From positions 4,704,001-4,768,000 of the forward strand of contig OZ242318.1 in NCBI GenBank assembly GCA_965208105.1: a stretch of 64,000 bases of DNA. The letters are read 5' to 3'. The notes below the pieces were generated by a model. It had not been told where the DNA came from, did not search any database, and saw only the letters and a list, made by a program, of their open reading frames with translations. Made by a program: the position numbers and the translations under genes. This DNA comes from Candidatus Latescibacterota bacterium. Its GTDB lineage: Bacteria > Latescibacterota > UBA2968 > UBA8231. Of this stretch, positions 1-12,786 are shown in pieces (position 1 is the first letter of the stretch; the number at the start of each line of letters is the position of its first letter).

Positions 1-924
1 ATAGGTTTCCCCACCGAGGTGCTGGCCAGCAGTCCTGCCACCGCCTGCCTGTTGACCGAGGAAAGAATGGGCATGCTCGTTCCCCAGCGGCCTGGCGATG
101 CGCACAAGGGTCGCTGTGGCGCCGTCGCGGTTGTGGCAGGCTCGGCAGGCATGACCGGTGCTGCGGCGCTTACGGCGGAAAGCGCCCTGCGTTCCGGTGC
201 CGGCCGCGTAAGCCTCGGAACCCCGGCAAGTCTCAACGACATTCTCGAGGTCAAGCTCACCGAGGTGATGACCCGGCCCCTGCCGGAGGTCAGGAAGCAT
301 CGCTGCCTTGCCCTGCGCGCCCTGGGAGAGCTGCTGCGCCTGTTCCCGCGCTGCGACTGCGTGGCCATGGGTCCCGGGCTGGGCAGGCACCGGGAGACCA
401 TGGAGCTGGTGCGCCGCCTGGTTCCCCGGGCCGGGCGGCCGGTGGTGCTGGACGCCGACGGGCTCAATGCATTCGCCGGTGCGACCGATAAGTTGAAGGG
501 CGTGGATCACCCGCTGATCTTGACACCGCACATAGGAGAATTCACCCGGCTCTCGGAGCTGTCCAAGGAGGAAATCCTCGAGGATCCCATGGGGAGGGCG
601 CGGCGGTTTGCACTGGACTTCGGTCTTACCCTGGTCCTCAAGGGCGCTCCTACGGTGATCGCCACCTCCAGCGGTAAGGTCCTGGTGAACCCCAGCGGCA
701 ACGCCGGGATGGCTACCGCAGGTTCGGGGGATGTGCTGACGGGTCTCATCGCCGGGTTCCTCGCCCAGGGGCTGGCCCCCGAGGAGGCGGCCTGTCTCGG
801 AGTCTACATTCACGGTCGTGCCGGAGATGCGGCCTGCGATAAGATCGGCGAGTGGGGGATGACAGCCGGGGATATTGCCTCGAAGATTCCAGGGGCGGTC
901 CTCGACACCTACCGCGCTACTTGA
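1..924 (+). CDS. nnr: NAD(P)H-hydrate dehydratase (YjeF C-terminal domain), probably the 3' part of bifunctional Nnr; 5'-truncated by the window
   Basis: HKGxxG, AGSxGMTGAA, GPGLG, LDADG, LTPHxGEF and ATAGSGDVLTG motifs; frame is open from base 1 (IGFP...). Confidence 0.9.
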   Translation: MGFPTEVLASSPATACLLTEERMGMLVPQRPGDAHKGRCGAVAVVAGSAGMTGAAALTAESALRSGAGRVSLGTPASLNDILEVKLTEVMTRPLPEVRKHRCLALRALGELLRLFPRCDCVAMGPGLGRHRETMELVRRLVPRAGRPVVLDADGLNAFAGATDKLKGVDHPLILTPHIGEFTRLSELSKEEILEDPMGRARRFALDFGLTLVLKGAPTVIATSSGKVLVNPSGNAGMATAGSGDVLTGLIAGFLAQGLAPEEAACLGVYIHGRAGDAACDKIGEWGMTAGDIASKIPGAVLDTYRAT

Positions 925-949
925 CAGGGTTGCCCGGATGGCGTAATGT
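921..949 (+). promoter_or_regulatory. putative sigma70 promoter TTGACA-N17-TAATGT
   Basis: Perfect -35 with 17-bp spacer upstream of ORF 1031. Confidence 0.4.
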
Positions 950-1030
950 AAACCAATTCGGCCCGCGAGGGCATCGCGAAGCCGCGCCGTAAGGAATTTT
1001 GCACGCAGATCCCTAACAGAGAACCACGGA

Positions 1031-1549
1031 ATGTCAAGCGTTAAGGAAGCCATCGAGGCCATGATCGAAGCCTCCTACCTCCAGGGTTTGTCCGAGGAGG
1101 AAATCCGCCGGGACTTCGATCATTTCATCGACACCTGCCGTGGGGTGGTACAGGCCAACGTCCGTGACGAGGAAGCGGTCAGCAACCTTTCGCAGAGCCT
1201 TGCCCGGGAGAAAGATTGTATCCCCATCGGCGATCAAATCGAAGCCGCCGGCCCCGGTGGGAAAATCCGGGAGGAAGGCGAATGCAAATCGGCGCACGAG
1301 CGCTTCGCCGAGAAGGTGGCCTATCGCAAGAGAGTGGTCCTCAAGAAGCTGGCAGGCTATGATCCAAAGCTGGTCAGCCTCGTGGACGAGCTGCGCTTCC
1401 AGGGTGAGCCCAGGGAAGAGCCGAGAGTGCGCATCCGGATCAGGAAGCAGCACAACTGGGAACAAACCAGGCTCCTGCTGCTCAAACTGGGATATGCCGG
1501 TGCCGTTGTCCTCGTCATCCTGCTGGTCTATCTGGGCTATGTCCAATGA
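1031..1549 (+). CDS. hypothetical protein with a C-terminal transmembrane helix
   Basis: 172-aa ORF with genome-like codon usage; hydrophobic tail LGYAGAVVLVILLVYLGYV. Confidence 0.7.
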   Translation: MSSVKEAIEAMIEASYLQGLSEEEIRRDFDHFIDTCRGVVQANVRDEEAVSNLSQSLAREKDCIPIGDQIEAAGPGGKIREEGECKSAHERFAEKVAYRKRVVLKKLAGYDPKLVSLVDELRFQGEPREEPRVRIRIRKQHNWEQTRLLLLKLGYAGAVVLVILLVYLGYVQ

Positions 1550-1710
1550 CCTCGAGGAGTAGATGGATTCTTCTCCTGCGAAAAAGTTCATCCCTGCCCC
1601 CCTTGTCCCGACCATCCCGCTCCTCTTCTTCAGCATTCCAGGAAAACTATCCCCGATGAATGGAGATGTGCTCCGGTGCGTCTCTTTTTTTGCGTCTGTC
1701 CCTCAGAGGT

Positions 1711-4929
<3,219 letters not shown>

Positions 4930-4932
<3 letters not shown>

Positions 4933-5096
4933 TGTCCCGTCGCAGAAATATGTCGCCATTATTCCGCCGATCCATCCCGGCTCACGGCGTTGCCTTCACT
5001 CGCCGCACACCTCTGGTACGACTCGCCCCGGCGCCTTGTGGGTCTGGCGCCTCGGCGGCCCAATTTCGCCAACCTATCTCTGCGAGGGGACACTAG
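4930..5096. mobile_element. MITE-like element (~167 bp) with terminal inverted repeats, bounded by TAG at both ends
   Basis: Left end TAGTGTCCCGTCGCAGAAATATGT versus reverse complement of right end TAGTGTCCCCTCGCAGAGATAGGT; partial second copy at 33526. Confidence 0.75.
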
Positions 5097-5149
5097 GAAC
5101 GGAGTGACGAGGTCGGAGGCTCGTCGGCCGGCCTCGAGCGGAGATCCCC

Positions 5150-8100
5150 ATGCTTATCTTGCGCCTCATTCTTCTTCTCACCTTGTCGTCATTTGCTGCC
5201 TGCGTCTATTTCAACACCTACTACAACGCCCGAAAACACTTTCACCAGGCAGAAAAGCTGCGCCAGGAACACGAGCAGAAACAGCTTGGCATAGCCGAGG
5301 AGCAGCGCCGGCCCTCGGCTGCGGCCAACAGGTTGTACGACCAGGCCGCGCGCAAGTCGTCGAGGATCCTGGAGCAGCACAAGGACAGCGACCTGGTCGA
5401 CGACGCAATGTTCCTCCTGGGACGGGCGTTTTACTGGCAGGGGGACTATCTCAGCGCTGCCCGCACCTTCGAGGAACTCGAAAGCAATTTCCCCGACGGC
5501 CCTTTTCTCGACCGCGCCCGCTACTGGCGCGGGCTTTGCTATGAGGGCCAGCGGACAAAGTCCGAGGCCAGGTCAATATACCGCACCCTGATGAGCGTGG
5601 GGAGTGGAGAGTTGGCCTCGAAAGCGGGGTACAGGCTGGGCGAAATGGCGTTCTCCGAGGAGAACTATGCCGCTGCCATCCAGGAATACCAGGAAACCCT
5701 GGAGGCCTTTCCCAAAGCGGAGATAAGGTCGGCGTTGTGGCTGCGCCTGGGAGAGGCGATTTTCGCCCTCGGTGACTCTACGCGCTACGGGGAAGCCCTC
5801 TCCGCCTTCGGCGAGGTGCGCAATGAAAGCCCCTCGAAGCTCGAAGACTACCAGGCGCGTTTGATCAGCGGCCGGGTTCTATATGCCCTGGGGAAGGAGG
5901 AGGAGGCCCTTCGCGCCTACGAGAAACTCCTCAAGGAAGGACGCTTTCGGCCCTTCGAGGGGCAGACCCGGTTGCAGATCGGGCAGCATTACCTCGACCT
6001 TGACCTCGTGGATGAAGCTTTGGGCGAGTTCGAGCAGGTGCGCGACGACTTTCCCAACAGCACTTCCTCGGCTATGGCGCTATACCGCACCGCTCAGGTC
6101 CAACTGCAGGAATATGGAAATCTGGAGCAGGCGCGCGAGTATCTGCTGGAGGTGGGACGGGAGAAAAGGGACTCCGAGGCTGCCGTCCTGGCGAAGGAGA
6201 CAACGGCCTACATGACCCAGTTGGACCGCCTGGTCTACCGCGTTCACAGGGCGGATTCACTTCTGGCCGACTCTCTTGCCACCCTGGCGGATTCCCTTGC
6301 GCGGGGAGCCGAGGCGGCCGCGGGCGACTCGGTGGTGGATGCGCCCCGGGATAGCATGGCAATCACCGTGGGCAAGGCGCCTCCACCGGACTCTCTCCTG
6401 GCGGAGGATTCGGGCCACGCCGGGCCCGGGACGGCCGCGCCCGAACTGGAAGCAGCCGGTCCGCCTCCTGCAGGAGGGAGGACAGCCGGCTCCCGGGAGG
6501 GGGCCGCCGCCGGGCCGGATGCCGAAGGAAAATCGCCCGACTGGTTCTTCAAGAAAGGCGATTCATCGATGGGGGAGTCTCCCGCCCGCACGGTGGAAAT
6601 CTTCGAGGATCTCTTCGAGATCGCCGAACTCTACCGCGGCCGTCTGGCACAGCCCGACTCCTCACTCCGCTACTACCAGGAGGTTGCCCGCCGCTTTCCC
6701 AACTCGGTTCAGTTGCCTCGCATACTCTACAGCATGGCCTGGGTTCACCTGGAGATGAAGGAGGACCTGGAAGCGGCCAGGCCCTACCTGGAGCGCCTGA
6801 TCGTGGAGTACTCCGCCTCCGACCACGCCAACGCCGCGCGCAGCTACCTGGGGTTGGAGGAATGGCAGACTGACGAAGAGAAAGCCGCAGCCCGCTTCGT
6901 CGATATCGAAGCATTGCGGATGCAAGATGCTGAAGCACTGGATCTGTACGTGCCTTTGCTCGACAGCCTGAGCCGGCAATATCCGAACGCCCCCACGGCG
7001 GCCAAGGCCGCTTTCATTGCTGCCTCCTCCTACGAAAACGCAGGTGCCGATTCCGCCGAGGCGGAGAGGCGCTACGAGCGCCTGCTCCGCGATTTCCAGG
7101 AGTCTCCTTTTGCGCGCATGGTAGAGGAACGCCGCACCGCCCGTGAGGACGGGTTCCTGATCAAATTGGAGCGCGGCCTCAAGTCCGTGGGAGGGCAACT
7201 GGGTCCCGGCGAGCACGTCGAGGCCATCGCCGTAGAACCCGATTCGCTGGATTCTGTCGCCATCGGGCGAAAATACTTCGGCTTTGCCCTGAGGGCCCAC
7301 CGCCGAGGCGACCTGGACCGCGCCGGCGAGTTCTACGAACTGAGCCTTGAAGAGCAGGGAAGGAATTCAGAGGCGCTCTACCAGTTGGGCAATATCCAGT
7401 GGGAGAGCGGATACTACCAGGATGCCCTGGACTACTACCGCAACGCGGTGCGCTTCGACATCCATTTTCTCAAGGCGCACTACCGCCTATTCTATTCCCA
7501 CACCGCCAATGGACTCGTCGATTCGGCAAATTACTATCTTCAGCAGATCATCAGGAAGGACCGGGGAAATGACCAGGTGAAGTACATCATCGAGGAATTC
7601 CCCGGCCTCAGGCAGGCACCACCCGAGGAGCTCAGCCTCGGTGCACTGGAAGAACTGGTGCTCGATCCCCCCGAGGAGAATCTGTTCGCTTCCGCGGAGG
7701 TGTTGCGGTTGCAGGAATACCCGCTGGTGCGCAAGGTGGCTCTGCCCGCCTATCCTCCATCGGCCGGAGGAGATTCGGCCCTGGTGAATCTGGACGTTCT
7801 GGTGGGCAGGGATGGCCGCTCCGAGTCCGTGGAGCTCTTCGAGGGGGATGAACCTTTTGCCGGTGCCGCCTTGGAAGCGGCGCGGAACTATCATTTCTTT
7901 CCGGCGGAGAGCATGGACAGGGTTCCCTACCAGGATGAGGAAGAGAGAAGGGTGCGGGTCTGGGTGGAGCTGGTCTTGCCATTCCATCCTCCAGAAACAA
8001 CGGCTTCGAGAAAGACCCCGCCCGCAGCTACAGAGCGGGAAGCCAAAGCGGAATCTGCCGCCGCGGCTCCTGCTTCGACGACGGGGGACCCTACCTATCC

Positions 8101-8188
8101 CGATGGGGTGGGAGAGAGCCCGGCCGCTGCTGATACCATTTCTGCGGCCGACCTCCCGGCCCCGGCGGCGGCCGAGGCGGGGGAGTGA
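5150..8188 (+). CDS. large tetratricopeptide-repeat lipoprotein with a C-terminal TonB-C-like domain
   Basis: Lipobox FAAC followed by VYFNTYYNA; many TPR/BamD-like helical repeats; PAYP...LDVLVGRDG...AALEAARNYHFFPA...VWVELVLPF. Confidence 0.8.
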   Translation: MLILRLILLLTLSSFAACVYFNTYYNARKHFHQAEKLRQEHEQKQLGIAEEQRRPSAAANRLYDQAARKSSRILEQHKDSDLVDDAMFLLGRAFYWQGDYLSAARTFEELESNFPDGPFLDRARYWRGLCYEGQRTKSEARSIYRTLMSVGSGELASKAGYRLGEMAFSEENYAAAIQEYQETLEAFPKAEIRSALWLRLGEAIFALGDSTRYGEALSAFGEVRNESPSKLEDYQARLISGRVLYALGKEEEALRAYEKLLKEGRFRPFEGQTRLQIGQHYLDLDLVDEALGEFEQVRDDFPNSTSSAMALYRTAQVQLQEYGNLEQAREYLLEVGREKRDSEAAVLAKETTAYMTQLDRLVYRVHRADSLLADSLATLADSLARGAEAAAGDSVVDAPRDSMAITVGKAPPPDSLLAEDSGHAGPGTAAPELEAAGPPPAGGRTAGSREGAAAGPDAEGKSPDWFFKKGDSSMGESPARTVEIFEDLFEIAELYRGRLAQPDSSLRYYQEVARRFPNSVQLPRILYSMAWVHLEMKEDLEAARPYLERLIVEYSASDHANAARSYLGLEEWQTDEEKAAARFVDIEALRMQDAEALDLYVPLLDSLSRQYPNAPTAAKAAFIAASSYENAGADSAEAERRYERLLRDFQESPFARMVEERRTAREDGFLIKLERGLKSVGGQLGPGEHVEAIAVEPDSLDSVAIGRKYFGFALRAHRRGDLDRAGEFYELSLEEQGRNSEALYQLGNIQWESGYYQDALDYYRNAVRFDIHFLKAHYRLFYSHTANGLVDSANYYLQQIIRKDRGNDQVKYIIEEFPGLRQAPPEELSLGALEELVLDPPEENLFASAEVLRLQEYPLVRKVALPAYPPSAGGDSALVNLDVLVGRDGRSESVELFEGDEPFAGAALEAARNYHFFPAESMDRVPYQDEEERRVRVWVELVLPFHPPETTASRKTPPAATEREAKAESAAAAPASTTGDPTYPDGVGESPAAADTISAADLPAPAAAEAGE

Positions 8189-9006
8189 GCATGTTTCCCA
8201 TGCAGGACGCAAGCGGCACCCTGCTATCCAATACCGAGGTGGCCGAGGACTTTTACCTGGCCCGCCTGCACCTGCCGCCCCTGGCCGCCGCAGTCGTTCC
8301 GGGGCAGTTCGTGCAGGTGAGGGTCAGTTCCCGTCTGTCGCCTTTTTTGCGCATTCCCCTGAGTGTAGGCGGAGTCGACCGCAGCCAAGGCAACGTGGAC
8401 CTGCTCTACGAGGATATGGGTCCCAAGAGCAGGGCCCTGAGCCGGATAGGTGCCGGCAGCGAGGTGGGCTGTCTGGGACCTCTTGGACGCGGGTTCCCGG
8501 CGCCCACGGATGGGTGCCGCGCCGTGCTCGTGGCAGGGGGAATCGGCGTGCCTCCCCTGCTTTTCCTGGGCTCGGAGCTGCGCGCAAGGAACATTCCCGT
8601 TTCGCTGCTCGTCGGTGCGCGCTCGGCCTCCAGGCACCTTCCAGACGCCATGCTGGAGGCGGCCGCCCATGAGGTGGCCACGGCGACGGACGACGGCAGC
8701 GGGGGCCACCGGGGCCTGGTCACCGATCTGTTGGAGTTCACCCTGGATGAGCACGGAGACTGCGCCGTCTATACCTGCGGGCCTCACCCCATGATGGCCG
8801 CGGTGGCCGCAATCTGCCGCGAGCGCGCCGTTGCCTGCCAGGCTTCGCTGGAGGAGTACATGGCCTGCGGTTTCGGGGTCTGCGTCGGCTGCGTGGTCGA
8901 GATGGTTCCGAGGGACGGGGAGGTGGTATCGCCCTACGAACGCTACGGGCGAATCTGCGTCGACGGCCCCGTGTTCGATGCGCTCCGGGTGCGCTGGGAG
9001 AAGTGA
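8185..9006 (+). CDS. pyrK: dihydroorotate dehydrogenase electron transfer subunit
   Basis: PGQF, LRIPLS, GPLGRGF, AGGIGVPP, CGP, MACGFGVCVGC, CVDGPVF; adjacent to pyrD. Confidence 0.93.
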   Translation: MSMFPMQDASGTLLSNTEVAEDFYLARLHLPPLAAAVVPGQFVQVRVSSRLSPFLRIPLSVGGVDRSQGNVDLLYEDMGPKSRALSRIGAGSEVGCLGPLGRGFPAPTDGCRAVLVAGGIGVPPLLFLGSELRARNIPVSLLVGARSASRHLPDAMLEAAAHEVATATDDGSGGHRGLVTDLLEFTLDEHGDCAVYTCGPHPMMAAVAAICRERAVACQASLEEYMACGFGVCVGCVVEMVPRDGEVVSPYERYGRICVDGPVFDALRVRWEK

Positions 9007-9917
9007 TGGCCGACCTGTCGGTTAATTTCGCGGGGATTCGCTTGAGGAATCCGGTCCTTCTGGCATCGGGGACCTGCGGCTACGGCCAGGAGCTCGCCTC
9101 CCTGACCGACTTGTCGCGCATCGGGGGCCTGGTGAGCAAGACCATCACCCCCGAACCGCGCGCCGGCAACAAACCCCAGCGCATAGTCGAAACCGCCGCG
9201 GGCATGCTGAACTCGATCGGGTTGCAGAACCCCGGCCTGGATGGCTTCATCGAGCACAAGTGGCCCTTTTTGGCCAAACTCGACACCGCGGTGGTGGTCA
9301 ACATCGCCGCGCCCACCGCGGCGGAGCACGGGGAGATGGCCGCCCGCCTGCAGGAGCTGGAGGGTGTCGCCGGGTTGGAGGTGAACATCTCCTCCCCCAA
9401 CATGAAGGACGGGGGCATGCTCTTCGGCTGCAGCCCGGGGGCCGCGGCGGAGGTCATCGCGGCCGTGCGCCGGGCGACGAGGTTGCCGGTGATCGCCAAG
9501 CTGACCCCCAATGTCACCGATATCGCCGAGATCGCGCGCGCGGTGGAGGACGGCGGCGCCGACGCCATCTCCCTGATCAATACTCTGGTGGGCATGGCGG
9601 TGGACGTGCCGGCCCGTCGCCCCGTGCTGGACAACGTAACCGGGGGCCTGTCGGGTCCGGCGATCAAACCCGTTGCCCTGGCCATGCTCTGGAAAGTGCG
9701 GCAGGCGGTGAAACTTCCCCTCATGGGCGTGGGCGGCATCATGGATGCGGACGACGCCCTGGAGTTCATCATCGCCGGAGCCTCGACGGTGCAGGTGGGC
9801 ACCGGCCTCTTCGTCAATCCCAATGCCGGCGTGGAGATCGTGGAGGGGCTGGAGGCGTACTGCTCCGCGCAGGGAATCGAGAGCCTGGACTCCCTGGTTG
9901 GAAGCCTGGCGACCTAG
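9006..9917 (+). CDS. pyrD: dihydroorotate dehydrogenase family 1B catalytic subunit
   Basis: ASGT, MLNSIGLQNPG, NISSPN, KLTPNVTDI, LINTL, GGLSGPAIKP. Confidence 0.95.
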   Translation: MADLSVNFAGIRLRNPVLLASGTCGYGQELASLTDLSRIGGLVSKTITPEPRAGNKPQRIVETAAGMLNSIGLQNPGLDGFIEHKWPFLAKLDTAVVVNIAAPTAAEHGEMAARLQELEGVAGLEVNISSPNMKDGGMLFGCSPGAAAEVIAAVRRATRLPVIAKLTPNVTDIAEIARAVEDGGADAISLINTLVGMAVDVPARRPVLDNVTGGLSGPAIKPVALAMLWKVRQAVKLPLMGVGGIMDADDALEFIIAGASTVQVGTGLFVNPNAGVEIVEGLEAYCSAQGIESLDSLVGSLAT

Positions 9918-9982
9918 GGCTCGAGGCCGCAGGTCAGGGCGTCGGCAGTGGTCCGCTGCGCCCAACTTTCTTATGTTAAAAT

Positions 9983-10486
9983 ATGTACCCGCTACGCAGA
10001 TGGATCCGCGCCGCGCTGTGTCTCCTCCTCGTGGCGGGGTGCACCCCTCACCCAATCTACCGGGATGAGCAGGGCCAGGGGCCGCGCAAATCGTCATCCT
10101 CGCCGGCCAGGTCCTCCAGGAACTCAGCCAAACCCCCTCGGCCTGCGGCGCATCCCGTCGACTTCGACAAGGTTTCCACCAAAAACGCCTACCAGATCGG
10201 ACTGGCCTCCTACTACGGCAAGAAGTTCCACGGCCGCAAGACGGCCAATGGCGAGACCTTCAACATGTACAAGCTGAGCGCCGCGCACCGGGTGCTGCCC
10301 CTGGGTACCATGATCAAGGTGACCAACCTGGAAAACGGACGCTGGGTGGAGGTCAAGGTGAACGACCGGGGCCCCTTCGTCGAAGGCAGGATTCTGGACC
10401 TTTCCTTCGCCGCCGGGCTGGAGCTGGAGATGGTGAAGAGTGGCACGGCCAAGGTGATGATCGAGATCACCCGGGCGGTGGACTAG
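9983..10486 (+). CDS. rlpA: RlpA-family lytic transglycosylase lipoprotein (DPBB domain, no SPOR domain)
   Basis: Lipobox LVAGC; GLASYYG..FHGRKTANGE, AAHRVLPLGT, VNDRGPF, ILDLS. Confidence 0.9.
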   Translation: MYPLRRWIRAALCLLLVAGCTPHPIYRDEQGQGPRKSSSSPARSSRNSAKPPRPAAHPVDFDKVSTKNAYQIGLASYYGKKFHGRKTANGETFNMYKLSAAHRVLPLGTMIKVTNLENGRWVEVKVNDRGPFVEGRILDLSFAAGLELEMVKSGTAKVMIEITRAVD

Positions 10487-10646
10487 GTGCGGTGGGGCGG
10501 GACATCCCCGGGGTCCGGGAGGTGTTACCCGGAGAGGCCGGGTGTGTGTCGTGCCTTACACATGGGTGGGGAAGGCAGGGGGGCGTAGAACGACTCTCAG
10601 AGGGATGCGGGTATGGAAAGACGGCATTCACCCTGCCCAATCGATG

Positions 10647-11053
10647 GTCAAGTCCTGAGATTTCTGCAAAAGTGATGGCAGCACGAAGCCCCCTTCCTAC
10701 CCGGCCACCGCCCTCCTTTGGGTAGCCGGTTCGATCTTCAACTCCTGGTATAAGAGATCCAGCTGGGCCCTCTCCGTCGCCGTGATCCCGATGCGCTGCC
10801 AGGTACCGGCCGCCCGGATCAGGGTAGCGTGGACGAGCTTGAGACAGCTCTTCTCGTTGAAGAAGCGGGGTATGGTTTTGGTAACCCGTCGCTCTTCCAC
10901 GAAACTGCGTTCAATCAGGTTGGTGGTACGTACGTATTTTCGATGGCGCCAGGGCACGCGCAGGTGGTTGAGAAGGGCCTCCAGATCCTCGCTGAGCACG
11001 GCGCACAGGCTTGGACAATCCTCAGGCAGCTTCGTTGCCCGGGTCCGAACCAA
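10647..11053 (-). mobile_element. IS256-family remnant: transposase C-terminal fragment (10697-~11040) plus putative right end
   Basis: RTTNLIERSFVEERR...IPRFFNEKSCLKLV is typical of Mutator/IS256 transposase C-termini; IR-like TTTTGCAGAAATCTCAGGACTTGAC downstream; N-terminal part absent. Confidence 0.8.
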
Positions 11054-11339
11054 GCAGGATCCAGATCACCTTGTTCACTCTAATAATCTCAGAGGCCGGT
11101 GGTTAGCACCCTCGAATGCAGCCCGAATGGATTCATCTCCAACTCTCCGGAGAATTGGGCGAAGCAAGATAAAAGGAAGAAAAGATGATATGAGGTAATG
11201 AGAGGGTGGATGGCCTTCGGTCCCATTGCCTGCTGAGGGCACAATTCTTGCTGAAAAAGGGAAGCACCTCGTTTCCCCGCTCGGCGGGATCTATCCCCAA
11301 GTGCCTCGGAGGCCTTTCCACTCAACCAAGGAGAGAAAA

Positions 11340-11720
11340 ATGATCCAACTACAGAAGCGAACCCTGCAACCCTACGGACATAAGCTCGGTGTCACGGCAT
11401 ACGGCTTCGAGTTCGATGTGGATGGCTTCGTGGGTGACGCCAAGAAACTGGTAAAGGACCTTGCGAAAGGTAAAATTGAGGTCGGGAACATCAGGACAGG
11501 AGAGTCAAGAACTACATTCACAATCAACGCGGGGATCGGGCGCAGGAGCAGCAGCGATCCGGTGCATGACTATGGCGACAGCAACTGGGTCGAGTACAGC
11601 ATTGGCCCAATGAGCATCACCCATGTCAGCGCCCCCAACAGCGGCGGCAGTGGTAGCAGTGGTAGCAGTTCGCCATCGGGAGGTTATGGTTTCTCACCGA
11701 GCGACTACTACGATCGTTAA
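11340..11720 (+). CDS. putative precursor peptide/protein (126 aa) of the adjacent maturation cluster
   Basis: RBS AAGGAG before ATG 11340; leader-like MIQLQKRTLQPYGHKLGVTAY followed by G; Ser/Gly-rich tail; first gene of the cluster. Confidence 0.65.
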   Translation: MIQLQKRTLQPYGHKLGVTAYGFEFDVDGFVGDAKKLVKDLAKGKIEVGNIRTGESRTTFTINAGIGRRSSSDPVHDYGDSNWVEYSIGPMSITHVSAPNSGGSGSSGSSSPSGGYGFSPSDYYDR

Positions 11721-11834
11721 TGTTTTCCAGGTTCTTCCCGGAATTGTTGCCAGATTGAAATGAACGGAAGGTCTCCGAGGCCACCGGGGATTCGGTTAAC
11801 ACTCTGCCCATAACCGTCCGGGATCGAGGCAAAT

Positions 11835-12557
11835 ATGCGTAACTCAACCGCCACACCCTGGCCCGCGAGCACGGATATAGGGTTCGTAAGAGGCCTGATC
11901 ATCGCGGCCTTCTTTCTGGTAAGCCTTCCCCTCCTCGAGGTGATCGTTGTCAACTTGGCTGGCACAGGATATATCATCGATACCCTGGAAGGAGCGGCGA
12001 TTATCTTGCCGGTCCATATTTTCAGCCTTTTTATGGTGGGATTCGTCGTGCAGAGGTGGGGAGGTATTCACTTCAAATCCCTGTTCCGCCGCCTTCCTAA
12101 CTTGAGGGAAGGCATAAAATGGGGTTCGGTCGGCGCGCTACTCGGATCAACGATGTTTTTTAAGGCGCTGAATTCCGGGTACCGGTTCGACAATCCGGAG
12201 GCCAACATCATGGTTTTGGTTCTGCTTGTAAAAGTCTCCCTGATCACCCCACTTGTCGAGGAAATCAAATATCGCGCGGTTTTCTACGCCGCCTTGCGCA
12301 AGAAGGGCAGGATCATCGCCTATGCGGTTTCGTCGCTGGTGTTTACCCTCGCCCACGCCCCGTCCTACGGCGATCTGTTCTTGCACGGATCCATGGGTCT
12401 TTCCGGTGGACAGATCGCTGGGCTCCTGCTCGCAGGCCTGGTCTTCGCTCATATCTATGAAACCACCGGCAAGCTGCTGGTCTGTGTCCTGTGCCACGCC
12501 ATGATCAACGGCATGGAGGTAATCGGCTACCTGGCAGGCTATTTGTTCGATGTGTGA
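11835..12557 (+). CDS. CPBP (CAAX/Abi) family intramembrane glutamic endopeptidase
   Basis: Multi-TM protein; motifs PLVEEIKYR, FTLAH and HAMIN. Confidence 0.88.
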   Translation: MRNSTATPWPASTDIGFVRGLIIAAFFLVSLPLLEVIVVNLAGTGYIIDTLEGAAIILPVHIFSLFMVGFVVQRWGGIHFKSLFRRLPNLREGIKWGSVGALLGSTMFFKALNSGYRFDNPEANIMVLVLLVKVSLITPLVEEIKYRAVFYAALRKKGRIIAYAVSSLVFTLAHAPSYGDLFLHGSMGLSGGQIAGLLLAGLVFAHIYETTGKLLVCVLCHAMINGMEVIGYLAGYLFDV

Positions 12558-12786
12558 AGCTTCCTTATTGTGGGATCCCACAATCTTCGGCGGTATCCTG
12601 TCTCCTCCCTCCAAATTGGGCATCCTCGCCTGACCTCGATTCCGGATCGCTGAGTCAAACCGAGACCCCAGGTCTTACCTAGCGGGATTACCCGACGGGG
12701 ACCAGACCGCGTGAAGTGTCGGGTATAGAATTTGCCGCTTTCTGCTCAACTCCAATCGAATCTACCGGGTGCCCTGGTACGTGTCT

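Noticed and set aside
11226-11339. Longer 164-aa version of the precursor ORF
   Set aside because: TTG start without an RBS; ATG 11340 has a well-spaced AAGGAG
11340-11720. Ranthipeptide, sactipeptide or lanthipeptide assignment
   Set aside because: The core has no cysteine and no radical SAM or Lan enzyme is encoded in the island
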